Source: Thermoanaerobaculia bacterium
GTDB taxonomy: Bacteria > Acidobacteriota > Thermoanaerobaculia > Multivoradales > UBA5704
Assembly: GCA_044226625.1 (NCBI GenBank)
Contig: JBGAGQ010000026.1
Coordinates: 13,775 to 77,774, forward strand
Direction of reading: 5' to 3'
DNA: 64,000 nt
Part shown: one piece after another, positions 8,305 to 16,457 of the stretch
How the letters are laid out: each line of letters opens with the position of its first letter
How positions within the stretch are numbered: position 1 is the first letter of the stretch
The notes under the pieces: generated by a model
Databases searched by the model: none
What the model was told of the DNA's origin: nothing
Seen by the model: only the letters and a program-made list of their open reading frames with translations
Program-made: the position numbers and the translations under genes

Positions 8305-9033
8305 CTACGGCCCACCCACCAGCGTGCACTCGAGCGCGAGGCCGTCGATGTACTTGCGGCCGCCGGAGCCGGCGACCGTGCTCAGCTGGAGGCCCGTCGC
8401 GATGCGACCTGACGGGCAATTGACCTCTTTCTCCCAGTCCGCGTCGGGGCCCTGTTTCGTGCCAGGGCAGTTGTCCCGCTCGTGTTGATCGTCCACCTCG
8501 GCCACCTCCTCGCTGCAATCGATGACGTGGAGTCCCCCTTCGCCGCACAGCCGATACTCGACGCCCAAGATGAGACCGAAGCGGATCGGCACCGTGCAGC
8601 CATCGGGGGCGACGAAGATGTTGTCTTCGCCCATGATGCAGCCGCCGTAACGGCCGATGATCTGGATTCCTTTCATCTTGTCGCCGTTCAGGCAGATCCG
8701 GAGCCCCGTGGCGAAGGCCCCAAGAGGAAGGGTGACCTCTTGCCAGCTCCCCGCTCCCAACGCGCCGTTGCACTCGTCGAAAGTCGCGCTCACGGCGGCC
8801 GAGTTGTCGGCGAGATCCCGATATTTCGCCTGGAGGTAACAGGGGTCATCGGACTTCTCGGCATAGACGATCGCGGTGATCGACTCGTTCGCGGCCGACG
8901 TGCGAGTGAGCCGATGGGTAAATCCCGAGTTGCCCGAGAAAGCGGTCGGCGTTTGGCTCCCCGTGAGCTGGGCGACCGCCGGCGTCGAGGCCAACAGGGC
9001 CAACCAAAGGACCTGGGAAATTCTGGTCTTCAC
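8305..9033 (-). CDS. Secreted Cys-rich protein, beta-prism-like (paralogue 1)
   Basis: Signal peptide, 10 Cys in the mature region, three-fold I/A-T-G/A-L/I repeats, GGAGG RBS. Confidence 0.75.
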   Translation of the reverse strand: MKTRISQVLWLALLASTPAVAQLTGSQTPTAFSGNSGFTHRLTRTSAANESITAIVYAEKSDDPCYLQAKYRDLADNSAAVSATFDECNGALGAGSWQEVTLPLGAFATGLRICLNGDKMKGIQIIGRYGGCIMGEDNIFVAPDGCTVPIRFGLILGVEYRLCGEGGLHVIDCSEEVAEVDDQHERDNCPGTKQGPDADWEKEVNCPSGRIATGLQLSTVAGSGGRKYIDGLALECTLVGGP

Positions 9034-9166
9034 AGAACAACCTCCTTATCGTGCACACGACGCGTGACCGATCGGCCCGAAGGCTCGACGGCGGAATCCG
9101 CGCCTGTCTCTTTGGGATGAATCTTCAGACGAAGGACGAGGGCCGAGGACGAGGATCGGAAAGGCG

Positions 9167-9919
9167 CTAGGGCACGCCGATTTGCGTGCATTCCAACGCG
9201 AGACCGTCGATCATCTTCTGCGTGCCGGTCCCCGGGGTCGTGCTGATCTCGATTCCCGTCGCGATCTTGCCCGTGGGGCAATTGATCTCGGTCTCCCAGT
9301 CGCTGTCGGGACCGTTGTCGGTCCCCGGGCAGTTCTTTCGCTCGTTATAGAGGAGAGGCGTTTCGGCGGCGACCGCCGTGCATTCGATCTCGAGCGGTCC
9401 GCTCGCCGCGCACAGGAGATAGTCGACATTGAAGATTTCGGCCGAGCGAATCGGGGCCGTGCAGCCCGTCGAGGCCGCGAAGACGTTGTCGCTTCCCAGC
9501 AGGCAGCCGTCGTAGCGACCGATCAACTGGATGCCCTTCAGCTTGTCGCCGTTCTTGCAGATGCGAAGCCCGGTCAGGACCGATCCCGCGGGCAAATTCA
9601 GCGTGATATGGCTGCTTTCCCTCCCGTCGCCGTCGGCATCGTCGCATTCGGTGAGCGAGCTGCTAGGACTCGAAAGTCCCGTGATCACGTTCTTGAATTT
9701 CGCCTCCAGAAAGCAAGGGTCGTCATTGTTCTCCCCGAAGACGACGCCGGAGATGCCAAGGTTAAACGAGGCGGCTCGAGAGAGCGTGTGAGACGCCCCG
9801 GAGCTTCCCGAAAAACCCGTCGGCGTAAAGGCCCCCGTAAGCTGCCCCCACGTCGGCGTCGAAACCCAGCAAAGAACCAGTACCAAGACCAACACCCGCC
9901 ACTGCCAGCCACTCTTCAT
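9167..9919 (-). CDS. Secreted Cys-rich protein, beta-prism-like (paralogue 2)
   Basis: Signal peptide and the same 10 Cys and motifs as 8305..9033 (DDPC, GLRIC.NGDK.KGIQ, NCPGT..GPD.DWE, IDGLALECT). Confidence 0.75.
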   Translation of the reverse strand: MKSGWQWRVLVLVLVLCWVSTPTWGQLTGAFTPTGFSGSSGASHTLSRAASFNLGISGVVFGENNDDPCFLEAKFKNVITGLSSPSSSLTECDDADGDGRESSHITLNLPAGSVLTGLRICKNGDKLKGIQLIGRYDGCLLGSDNVFAASTGCTAPIRSAEIFNVDYLLCAASGPLEIECTAVAAETPLLYNERKNCPGTDNGPDSDWETEINCPTGKIATGIEISTTPGTGTQKMIDGLALECTQIGVP

Positions 9920-10303
9920 CTCCCGCTCTCCTTTCGTAACACACCCATCCCTGGGCTAGCTGGGGCAAAGCTCCGCCCCCGGAAAACCTCGCCTTTCTTG
10001 GTGAGGTACTCGAAATGACACGAATTGGGTGAAATCGATTCGACTCTACTTTCGATGGTGCACGGCGATGGAAATTTCGAGACTCTTTCGCGCACCAAGA
10101 GTTGAAGATTCTCGGAGGCCTACATCGCGAGATTGGATCGTGAAGCGCGGCGGTGCAACGAGCCCGTTCCGCAGGGCGGGACACACGCCTACCCGCAAGG
10201 GTAGGAAAAGATTTATGTTTCGAGCCGGCTCAACAGAAGGGTTTCTCGCCGACTCGCGTTCGATTGCGGGTGGCGACTGAATTCCCGGAGCCGTGAGTTT
10301 GGA

Positions 10304-10333
10304 AAAGCGCCCGGCGCGAACGCCGGGCGCTTT
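10304..10333 (-). terminator. Intrinsic terminator
   Basis: 13-bp stem with TTCG loop and T-run on the minus strand after 10354..10986. Confidence 0.8.
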
Positions 10334-10353
10334 CGATCCGCGACCCCGATCCG

Positions 10354-10986
10354 CTACTGCGTGCAGCTATACGGATCGACGTTGCTGCAGAAGCGGATCG
10401 ACGAGGTGACGTTGTTCATGTTGTTCGGGTTGGCCGTGAGGTCGGAGATCGAAACCCCCGGGGCGACCCACTTGATCTGGCCGAGGCAGTTGCTGGTCGG
10501 GTACGGGCTGAAGTCGTAGCACTTGTAGAGGACGGTGTAGTAGCCGACGTCGTTGCCCGTCTGGACGCAGGAGATCACGTCGTTCCAAGAATCCGGCAGG
10601 TGGGCGTACTGATCGAGCGGGCACATCACGAGCCAGTCGATCCCGCCGCAGCCGATGTTCTTGTTGAAGCCCGAACAGTTCGAGCCGAAGCTGTTGCCGG
10701 TCCTACCGCCCGGAGGCGGAAGCGGGCGCGGCTGGAGCGGACCTTTCGCGCGGCCGAACGCCTGAAGCTTCTCCGGGGAGGTGAAGTTGTAGACGGCGTC
10801 CTTCTCGACGACGGTGAATCGGACCTGGCCGGTGAACAGGTCGATCTGCCAAGCGGGGTAACGCACCCCGTCGACGAACTGGGGTTTCTCGGCGGTGCCG
10901 GGACGGACGGCCTCGGCGGCGTAGGAGGAAAGCGGGACGATGCAGAAAAGGAAGGAGAACAGGGCGTAACGGAGTCCGGTCTTCAT
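10354..10986 (-). CDS. Secreted protein with C-terminal beta/gamma-crystallin-like domain
   Basis: Signal peptide, Pro-rich linker, Greek-key-like motifs WNDVISCV and MNNVTSSIRF, 8 Cys in the mature region. Confidence 0.7.
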   Translation of the reverse strand: MKTGLRYALFSFLFCIVPLSSYAAEAVRPGTAEKPQFVDGVRYPAWQIDLFTGQVRFTVVEKDAVYNFTSPEKLQAFGRAKGPLQPRPLPPPGGRTGNSFGSNCSGFNKNIGCGGIDWLVMCPLDQYAHLPDSWNDVISCVQTGNDVGYYTVLYKCYDFSPYPTSNCLGQIKWVAPGVSISDLTANPNNMNNVTSSIRFCSNVDPYSCTQ

Positions 10987-11103
10987 TCAGCGTCTCCTTG
11001 GGTTGACCTGCGACCTTGCGTGCCGCGCGGAATGTCGTCTCGATCCCGGGTCCGGATTTCATCCGCGCGACGGCGGAGCTCCTGCAAGCAGTGAGACCTT
11101 AGA

Positions 11104-11430
11104 CTACGAAACCGTTGAAATGGTTCCCGAAGGGACGAATGGGGGTTTTGGGGGACCGGGAAAGGCCGACCCGCTCGCGGTTAGACCAGCCCGTATTTGC
11201 CCTTCGGCCGCTCCATAGAGAATCCGACGAGCTTGGACCCTAGGCCGCGGCAACTGATGGTCGAACCGGGCGCCGGTGGGACCAAACGATCGCAGATGGT
11301 TCCAGAAGGTGGGATGGCGCCCACCGCGGAAATAGAGGCGCCAGAGCGTTTCGCCTGCCGCGACCTCGCGAAACAGGGGGCCGACCTGGGCCAGGGCCGT
11401 CGCCGAAGGAGCCTCGGGGAATTTCGCCAA
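11104..11430 (-). pseudogene. RES-domain toxin, C-terminally truncated
   Basis: MAKFPE.P, LWRLY..GGRHP..W..LR.FGP..ARFDH and ILYGA are typical of the RES N-terminal half. The sequence then turns unrelated and ends at 108 aa. Confidence 0.7.
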
Positions 11431-11439
11431 AGGGAACGA

Positions 11440-12240
11440 TCAGACTTCGGCAGCTAGCGCTTTCACTGGGTCGACCGGAAGCCCCAGCTGGAGCCAGTCT
11501 CGTGGGCTTAGAGTCTTCGATTCCTCGGCGTCTGTCTCGAGCACGAGATCGGGATTGGGTAGGTGAAACCATCGGAAGACGGCCACCGGATGAAGCGCCG
11601 GATCGAGGAGGGCCACCACGTCCGAGATCCCGTGGAGGAGTCCTCCCCCATCGAGTTGAAACGTGGGAACCATCCACCCAGAATCGACGGGAATACCCAA
11701 CAGGCTGCGCGGAACGGACATGAGCCGGAGGCGGGTTCGGCTCGGATCCATGCCCAACCGTTCGGCCACCGCCTCGACCGGCAAGCTCTCCCTCAGGATC
11801 GCCGCCAGCTCAGCCGAAGTCTCTTTGAAGGGATCGTTGGGACCGAATTCCGCAGGGCCAAGATCGAAACCACCCCGCTTCAGAACAGCCGCCTCCGCAG
11901 CTGAGATGCCAGCTTGCTTCGGCAGCCTGGCTAAACTGCGGGCCTTTTCCCTACGCCAATAGGCGACACAACGATTCCTGAATGCCAGAAGGATCCAGGA
12001 CTCAGGATCGGAAATAGTTTCCCCGCTGCTGATCAGGCGGAGGATCGTCTCCTCGAGAAAATCGTCAACATTCTTGGAAGGAATCCGATAGCGACTCCCA
12101 AGAATGAACAAGCGGGGCCGAATCCGATCGACGAGTTCCTTTATTGCTTCCCCCTTGGGGGAGCCCATTTCGAGCGGGGAAGAGCCCATGACTACCTCAG
12201 CGTGAGCAGCCGTGATAGGTCCGGAGAGAACGCCTACCAC
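11440..12240 (-). CDS. Xre/MbcA-like antitoxin with N-terminal sigma70 region-2-like segment
   Basis: C-terminal HTH plus W.VP.FQ...LHPVAVFRWF..PNPDL....SPRDWL..G. The N-terminus reads RYRIP...DD.LEE..L...PESWI....RNRC..YWR. Directly upstream of the RES gene; start uncertain. Confidence 0.7.
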   Translation of the reverse strand: MVGVLSGPITAAHAEVVMGSSPLEMGSPKGEAIKELVDRIRPRLFILGSRYRIPSKNVDDFLEETILRLISSGETISDPESWILLAFRNRCVAYWRREKARSLARLPKQAGISAAEAAVLKRGGFDLGPAEFGPNDPFKETSAELAAILRESLPVEAVAERLGMDPSRTRLRLMSVPRSLLGIPVDSGWMVPTFQLDGGGLLHGISDVVALLDPALHPVAVFRWFHLPNPDLVLETDAEESKTLSPRDWLQLGLPVDPVKALAAEV

Positions 12241-12385
12241 CCGGCCGAGCCTTCGTCACCATAACACCTGCAACAACCGATGGCGCACGACCGCGCTCGC
12301 TGCAATTCGTGGAGCGAAGCCAGGAGATCGTGTGGGGCGAGGGAAGCAGCGTTCGGACCCCATACCCATTGATCTGGCCCCTCCC

Positions 12386-13933
12386 CTACCCCCCCAAAGC
12401 CTGCCGGCAACGCCGGAGCGCCCGCTCGCGATCGGGCAGCGCGAGCGCTTCGGGCAGGGCGAGCTCCTTTCCCTTCCCCGCCAGGAGCGTCGAGAGGACT
12501 TCGCGGAACTGGTGCTCGGCGAAGCGGGGCTGGCCGAGGTGGAGGAGGCGGTCGGCGAGGAGGAGGCGCGGCTGGTAGAGGTCGGGATCGAGGTAGAGCG
12601 CCGCGCGGTAGGCGGCGACGGCGGGCTCGGCGCGGCCGGAGAGGTCGTCGAGGTAGCCCTGAAGGGCGTGGGCCGTGGCGCTTTCGGGCTCTCGGGCGAG
12701 GGCCGAGGCGAGGCGGCGGGCGGCTTCTTCGAGGCGGTCCTCGGCGAGGGCGAGCGCGGCGGCTTCTAGATCGCCGGGGCCGGAAGCAACCGCTTTTTCG
12801 AGCGCGGGCGCGGCCGGACGGGCGGCGGGCGGCGGGGCCGGGCGCGGCGCGGTCTGCGTCGGTTTCGCGAGGATCTGCGAGCTCTTCGCCGGGGGGTCGA
12901 CACGGGGAGCGAGGGCGGGTGTCGGGCGCGCGGTCGGGAGACGCCGTTCGAACGAGGACGGAGCGACGCCGGCCCCCTTCTCTTTCGTCGGATCCGGTCG
13001 CTTCGCCTCGGGCCTCGCGGTCCCCTGGATGTATCCGAAGCAGGGGCCGAGATCGACCGGCTCGAGATCCGCGTGGATCTGCCAGAGCGTCTCGGAGGCG
13101 CCGAGGAATAGGAACGCCCCGGGCGCGAGGCGGCGGGCGACCTGGTTCGCGACTTTCCGCTGGAGGGTGCGGCGGAAGTAGATCAGGACGTTGCGCAAGA
13201 GGATCAGGTCGAAGCCCGATCGCTCCTCCGGCAGGTCGTAGGGCGGATGCGCGAGGTTGATCTGTCGGTATTCGATCCGCCGCCGGATCTCGGGCGAAAT
13301 CTCCCAGAGCTTGCCGCGGCGGGTGAACCAGCGGTCGAGCAGCGCGGGCGGCACCTGGGCGATCGCGCGGTCGCCGTAGAGGCCGCGCTCGGCGCCGGCG
13401 AGCGCCTCGGGGTCGAGATCGGTCGCGAGGATCGACCAGTCCCAGCCGGCGAGCGCCGGGTGCTCGGCGAGGAGCAGAGCCATCGTCGCCGGCTCTTCGC
13501 CGCGGGCGCAGGCGGCCGACCAGATGCGCAGGCGCCGCTCGGCCGCGCGCGCTTCGAGCCGGGCGGGGAGGGCGCGCGCGAGGATCGCGTCGAGCTGCTG
13601 CGGCGCGCGGAAGAAATACGACTCCTTGATCGTCACCAGGCCGATCAGAACGGCCCACTCGTCCGGCAACGCCCCCGAGGAGAGCGCGAAGAGGTAGCCC
13701 TCGACGTTCGGCTGGCGGGTGGCCTGCGCGCGGCGGGTGGCAATCTCTTCGAGCTGCGGCAGCCGCTCGGGCGGGATGACGTTGCCGGTCGCCTCGCGGA
13801 TCAGGGCGGCGAGGCGCTCGGCGTGCGAGGGGGGCTTCTCCGCCTTCTCGGCCAGACGGGGACGCGGGAACGACCCGGTCTCCGTCCGTGAGGCGCCGCT
13901 TTTCCTCGGGGGTGGGCTCGGGGGTGGGCTCAC
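12386..13933 (-). CDS. cheR: CheR methyltransferase with C-terminal TPR (WspC-like)
   Basis: TIKESYFFR..Q, IWSAAC..GEE, ILATDLD, DLILLRNVLIYF, LGASETL motifs; TPR tail (YRAALYLDPD). Confidence 0.92.
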   Translation of the reverse strand: MSPPPSPPPRKSGASRTETGSFPRPRLAEKAEKPPSHAERLAALIREATGNVIPPERLPQLEEIATRRAQATRQPNVEGYLFALSSGALPDEWAVLIGLVTIKESYFFRAPQQLDAILARALPARLEARAAERRLRIWSAACARGEEPATMALLLAEHPALAGWDWSILATDLDPEALAGAERGLYGDRAIAQVPPALLDRWFTRRGKLWEISPEIRRRIEYRQINLAHPPYDLPEERSGFDLILLRNVLIYFRRTLQRKVANQVARRLAPGAFLFLGASETLWQIHADLEPVDLGPCFGYIQGTARPEAKRPDPTKEKGAGVAPSSFERRLPTARPTPALAPRVDPPAKSSQILAKPTQTAPRPAPPPAARPAAPALEKAVASGPGDLEAAALALAEDRLEEAARRLASALAREPESATAHALQGYLDDLSGRAEPAVAAYRAALYLDPDLYQPRLLLADRLLHLGQPRFAEHQFREVLSTLLAGKGKELALPEALALPDRERALRRCRQALGG

Positions 13934-15363
13934 GGGCGCACTCGGTCTCGGCCGGCGGCTTTCGCTTCGTAGAGGCGGCGGTCGGCGATCGCGACCAGCT
14001 CGTCGGCCGCCGTCCGCCCGGCGAGCTCGGAGAGCGCTGCGACTCCGAACGACGCGGTGATCCGCTGGAGGGGATCCGCGGCGATCGACAGCGTGTGCGA
14101 GGCGACGTCGCGGCGAAGGCGCTCGGCCGCCTGGCGGGCGGCCTCCAGGTCGACCTGCGGCAGGACGGCGAGGAACTCCTCGCCGCCGTAGCGGCCGAGC
14201 AGGTCGGTCGTGCGCAGCGACTTCCGGAGCACCGCCGAGCCTTCGCGCAGCACGGCGTCACCCACGAGATGGCCGAAGCGGTCGTTGATCCGCTTGAAGT
14301 TGTCGAAGTCGCAGAGCACCAGCGAGAGCGGCTGGCGGTAGCGGCGCGCGCGCTCGATCTCCTCGCCCAAGCGCTCGAAGATGGCGCGCCGGTTGAGCAG
14401 CCGGGTGAGCCCGTCGAGCACCGACAGCTCGCGCAGGCGCTCGGCGAGCAGGGCGTTTTCGAGCACCACGCCGAGCGGCCGGACCAGGCCGTCGACCAGC
14501 GACGAGGCCGAGGTGGCGAACTGCACCCCGTCGCGCGGCAGGAGCACGAGGCTCCCCTTGCCGCGCGACAGCGGCAGCTCGAGCCAGATCGCGAGATCGA
14601 GGTCGACCGGCTCGCCGCCGCGCTCGCCCGAGACGCCCAGATTGCGCGCCACGTCCGAGGGCAGCCCCAGGCTCGCGAGCAGGCGCGTGCCCAGCTCGGC
14701 GAGCAGGTCGGGCGGCAGCGGCTCGGGCAGCAGGACGTGCGCCGCCACCAGCTCGACGTCGCCCACCGCCGCGCCCAGGAACCGGGCGTCGACCACCGCG
14801 CCGAGGACCTCCAGCACCGAGCGGCAGGCCTCGTGGAAATCGCCCGTGCCCATGCCGGCTTCGAGCAGCTCGGCGGCGAGCGTCGCCTGGAGCAGGGCGC
14901 CGTCGAGACGCGCGGCGACGCCGGCGACACGCCCGAGCAGGTGGCTGTCCCGATGGTCGGGCGAGATCGAGCGGCGGGAGCCCTGCGGCTCGGTCGGGCG
15001 GAGCTTCGCGAGCCGCGCGACCTCGGCGGCGAGCTCGGTCGCCGGCGCTTCGAGGTCGAGCCGGGCGGCGGCGCCGCTCTTCTCGCTCCAGAAGCGGGAG
15101 GCCGCCTCCCCTTCGCCCGAGAGGATCAGGACCGGGATGCGCGCCTGGACCGGGTCGGCCTTGAGCAGGCGGAGCAGCGGAAAGCCCTCCATCGTCGGCA
15201 CCGCGACGGCGGCCACCACGACGTGCGGCTGGCGCTCCAGGGCGGACATCGCCGACTCGAAGTCGCGCGCCTCCTCCACCTCGAACCCGGCGCCGCGCAG
15301 GCCGCGGGCGTGGACCGCCCGGCCGACCTCGCTGTTTTCGACCAACAGAACGCGCGCGCTCAT
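13930..15363 (-). CDS. Diguanylate cyclase with N-terminal (pseudo)receiver domain, WspR-like
   Basis: DGLT.LLNRR, D.DNFK.IND.FGH..GD, RTTD I-site, RYGGEEF; REC fold at the N-terminus. Confidence 0.92.
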   Translation of the reverse strand: MSARVLLVENSEVGRAVHARGLRGAGFEVEEARDFESAMSALERQPHVVVAAVAVPTMEGFPLLRLLKADPVQARIPVLILSGEGEAASRFWSEKSGAAARLDLEAPATELAAEVARLAKLRPTEPQGSRRSISPDHRDSHLLGRVAGVAARLDGALLQATLAAELLEAGMGTGDFHEACRSVLEVLGAVVDARFLGAAVGDVELVAAHVLLPEPLPPDLLAELGTRLLASLGLPSDVARNLGVSGERGGEPVDLDLAIWLELPLSRGKGSLVLLPRDGVQFATSASSLVDGLVRPLGVVLENALLAERLRELSVLDGLTRLLNRRAIFERLGEEIERARRYRQPLSLVLCDFDNFKRINDRFGHLVGDAVLREGSAVLRKSLRTTDLLGRYGGEEFLAVLPQVDLEAARQAAERLRRDVASHTLSIAADPLQRITASFGVAALSELAGRTAADELVAIADRRLYEAKAAGRDRVRP

Positions 15364-16457
15364 GCTCCCCCTCCCCCTCCTCCCCCGTCCGGCCGATCGG
15401 AGCGGTCGCCCCCGCGGCAGATCTTCGCGAGCCAGCGCGCGATCTCGCGCGGCGGCATCGCGAGCTCGGCGGCGCCGCGCTCGAGCGCCACCCGCGGCAT
15501 GCCGAAGACGACCGAGCTCGCCTCGTCCTGCACCACCGTGAGCCCGCCCGCGGTCTTGAGCGCGAGCAGCCCTTCGACGCCGTCCGCGCCCATCCCCGTG
15601 AGCAGCACCCCCACCGCGTCGCGCGGCGCCGCGGCGGCGACGGAGAGGAACGTCTCGTCGACCGAGGGGCGGTGGCCGCGCCGCGGCGGCGTGTCGGCGT
15701 CGAGGGCCAAGCGGCCGTGCTCGAGGAGCCGCAGGTGGGCGCCCGCCGGCGCCAGGCGCACCGCTCCTGGGCCGGGCGTCTCGCCGTCCTTCGCGAGCCG
15801 CACGTCGTGCGGGAATTCCTTGTTGAGCCAGTCGGCGAGACCCGCCTCGAAGCCGGCGGCGATGTGCTGCACCACCAGGATCGACACCGGCAGGTCGGCG
15901 GGCAGCTCGAAGAACAGCTCGCGCAGCGCGGCAGGTCCGCCCGTCGAGGCGCCGATCGCCACCCAGCGCAGCGGACGGTCGAGCCGGCGCGCGACCGTCG
16001 GCCGCGGCGTCGGAGTCTCGTCTGCGCGCTTCGCGGGGGCGGGCCGGCCGGCCGGAGTCCGGCGCGCCGAGAGCGCCGCCGCGCGGACCATCTCCGGCAG
16101 CGCTTCGGTGAGCAGCTTCCAGCTCTCGGGATCCTCCGGCTTCGGCAGCACCTCGATCGCGCCGCGCTTCATCGCCTCGAACGCCGTCTGCATCTGGTTT
16201 CGATTGGCGCGCGAGGAGAGCACCAGGATCGGCGTCGGGCGCGCCGCCATGATCTTCTCGATCGCGACGTAGCCGTCCATCACCGGCATCTGGAGGTCCA
16301 TCACGATGACGTCGGGGAGCAGCTCCGCGGCGGCGGCGACCGCGCGCTCGCCGTCCTCGGCGTCGCCCACGATCTCCAGGTCCTCGGCGCGGGAGAGGAA
16401 CCGGCGCAGCACCGCCCGCACCGACGTCGAATCGTCGACCACCAGGACGCGGATCAT
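15360..16457 (-). CDS. cheB: CheB methylesterase response regulator
   Basis: REC (VVDDS, MDLQMP) plus IGASTGG, VQH and LTGMGADG. Confidence 0.95.
   Translation of the reverse strand: MIRVLVVDDSTSVRAVLRRFLSRAEDLEIVGDAEDGERAVAAAAELLPDVIVMDLQMPVMDGYVAIEKIMAARPTPILVLSSRANRNQMQTAFEAMKRGAIEVLPKPEDPESWKLLTEALPEMVRAAALSARRTPAGRPAPAKRADETPTPRPTVARRLDRPLRWVAIGASTGGPAALRELFFELPADLPVSILVVQHIAAGFEAGLADWLNKEFPHDVRLAKDGETPGPGAVRLAPAGAHLRLLEHGRLALDADTPPRRGHRPSVDETFLSVAAAAPRDAVGVLLTGMGADGVEGLLALKTAGGLTVVQDEASSVVFGMPRVALERGAAELAMPPREIARWLAKICRGGDRSDRPDGGGGGGGA

Noticed and set aside
11009-11030. sigma54 promoter upstream of 10986, and a similar site near 56222-56240
   Set aside because: The GG-to-GC spacing is 11 nt rather than the required 10.
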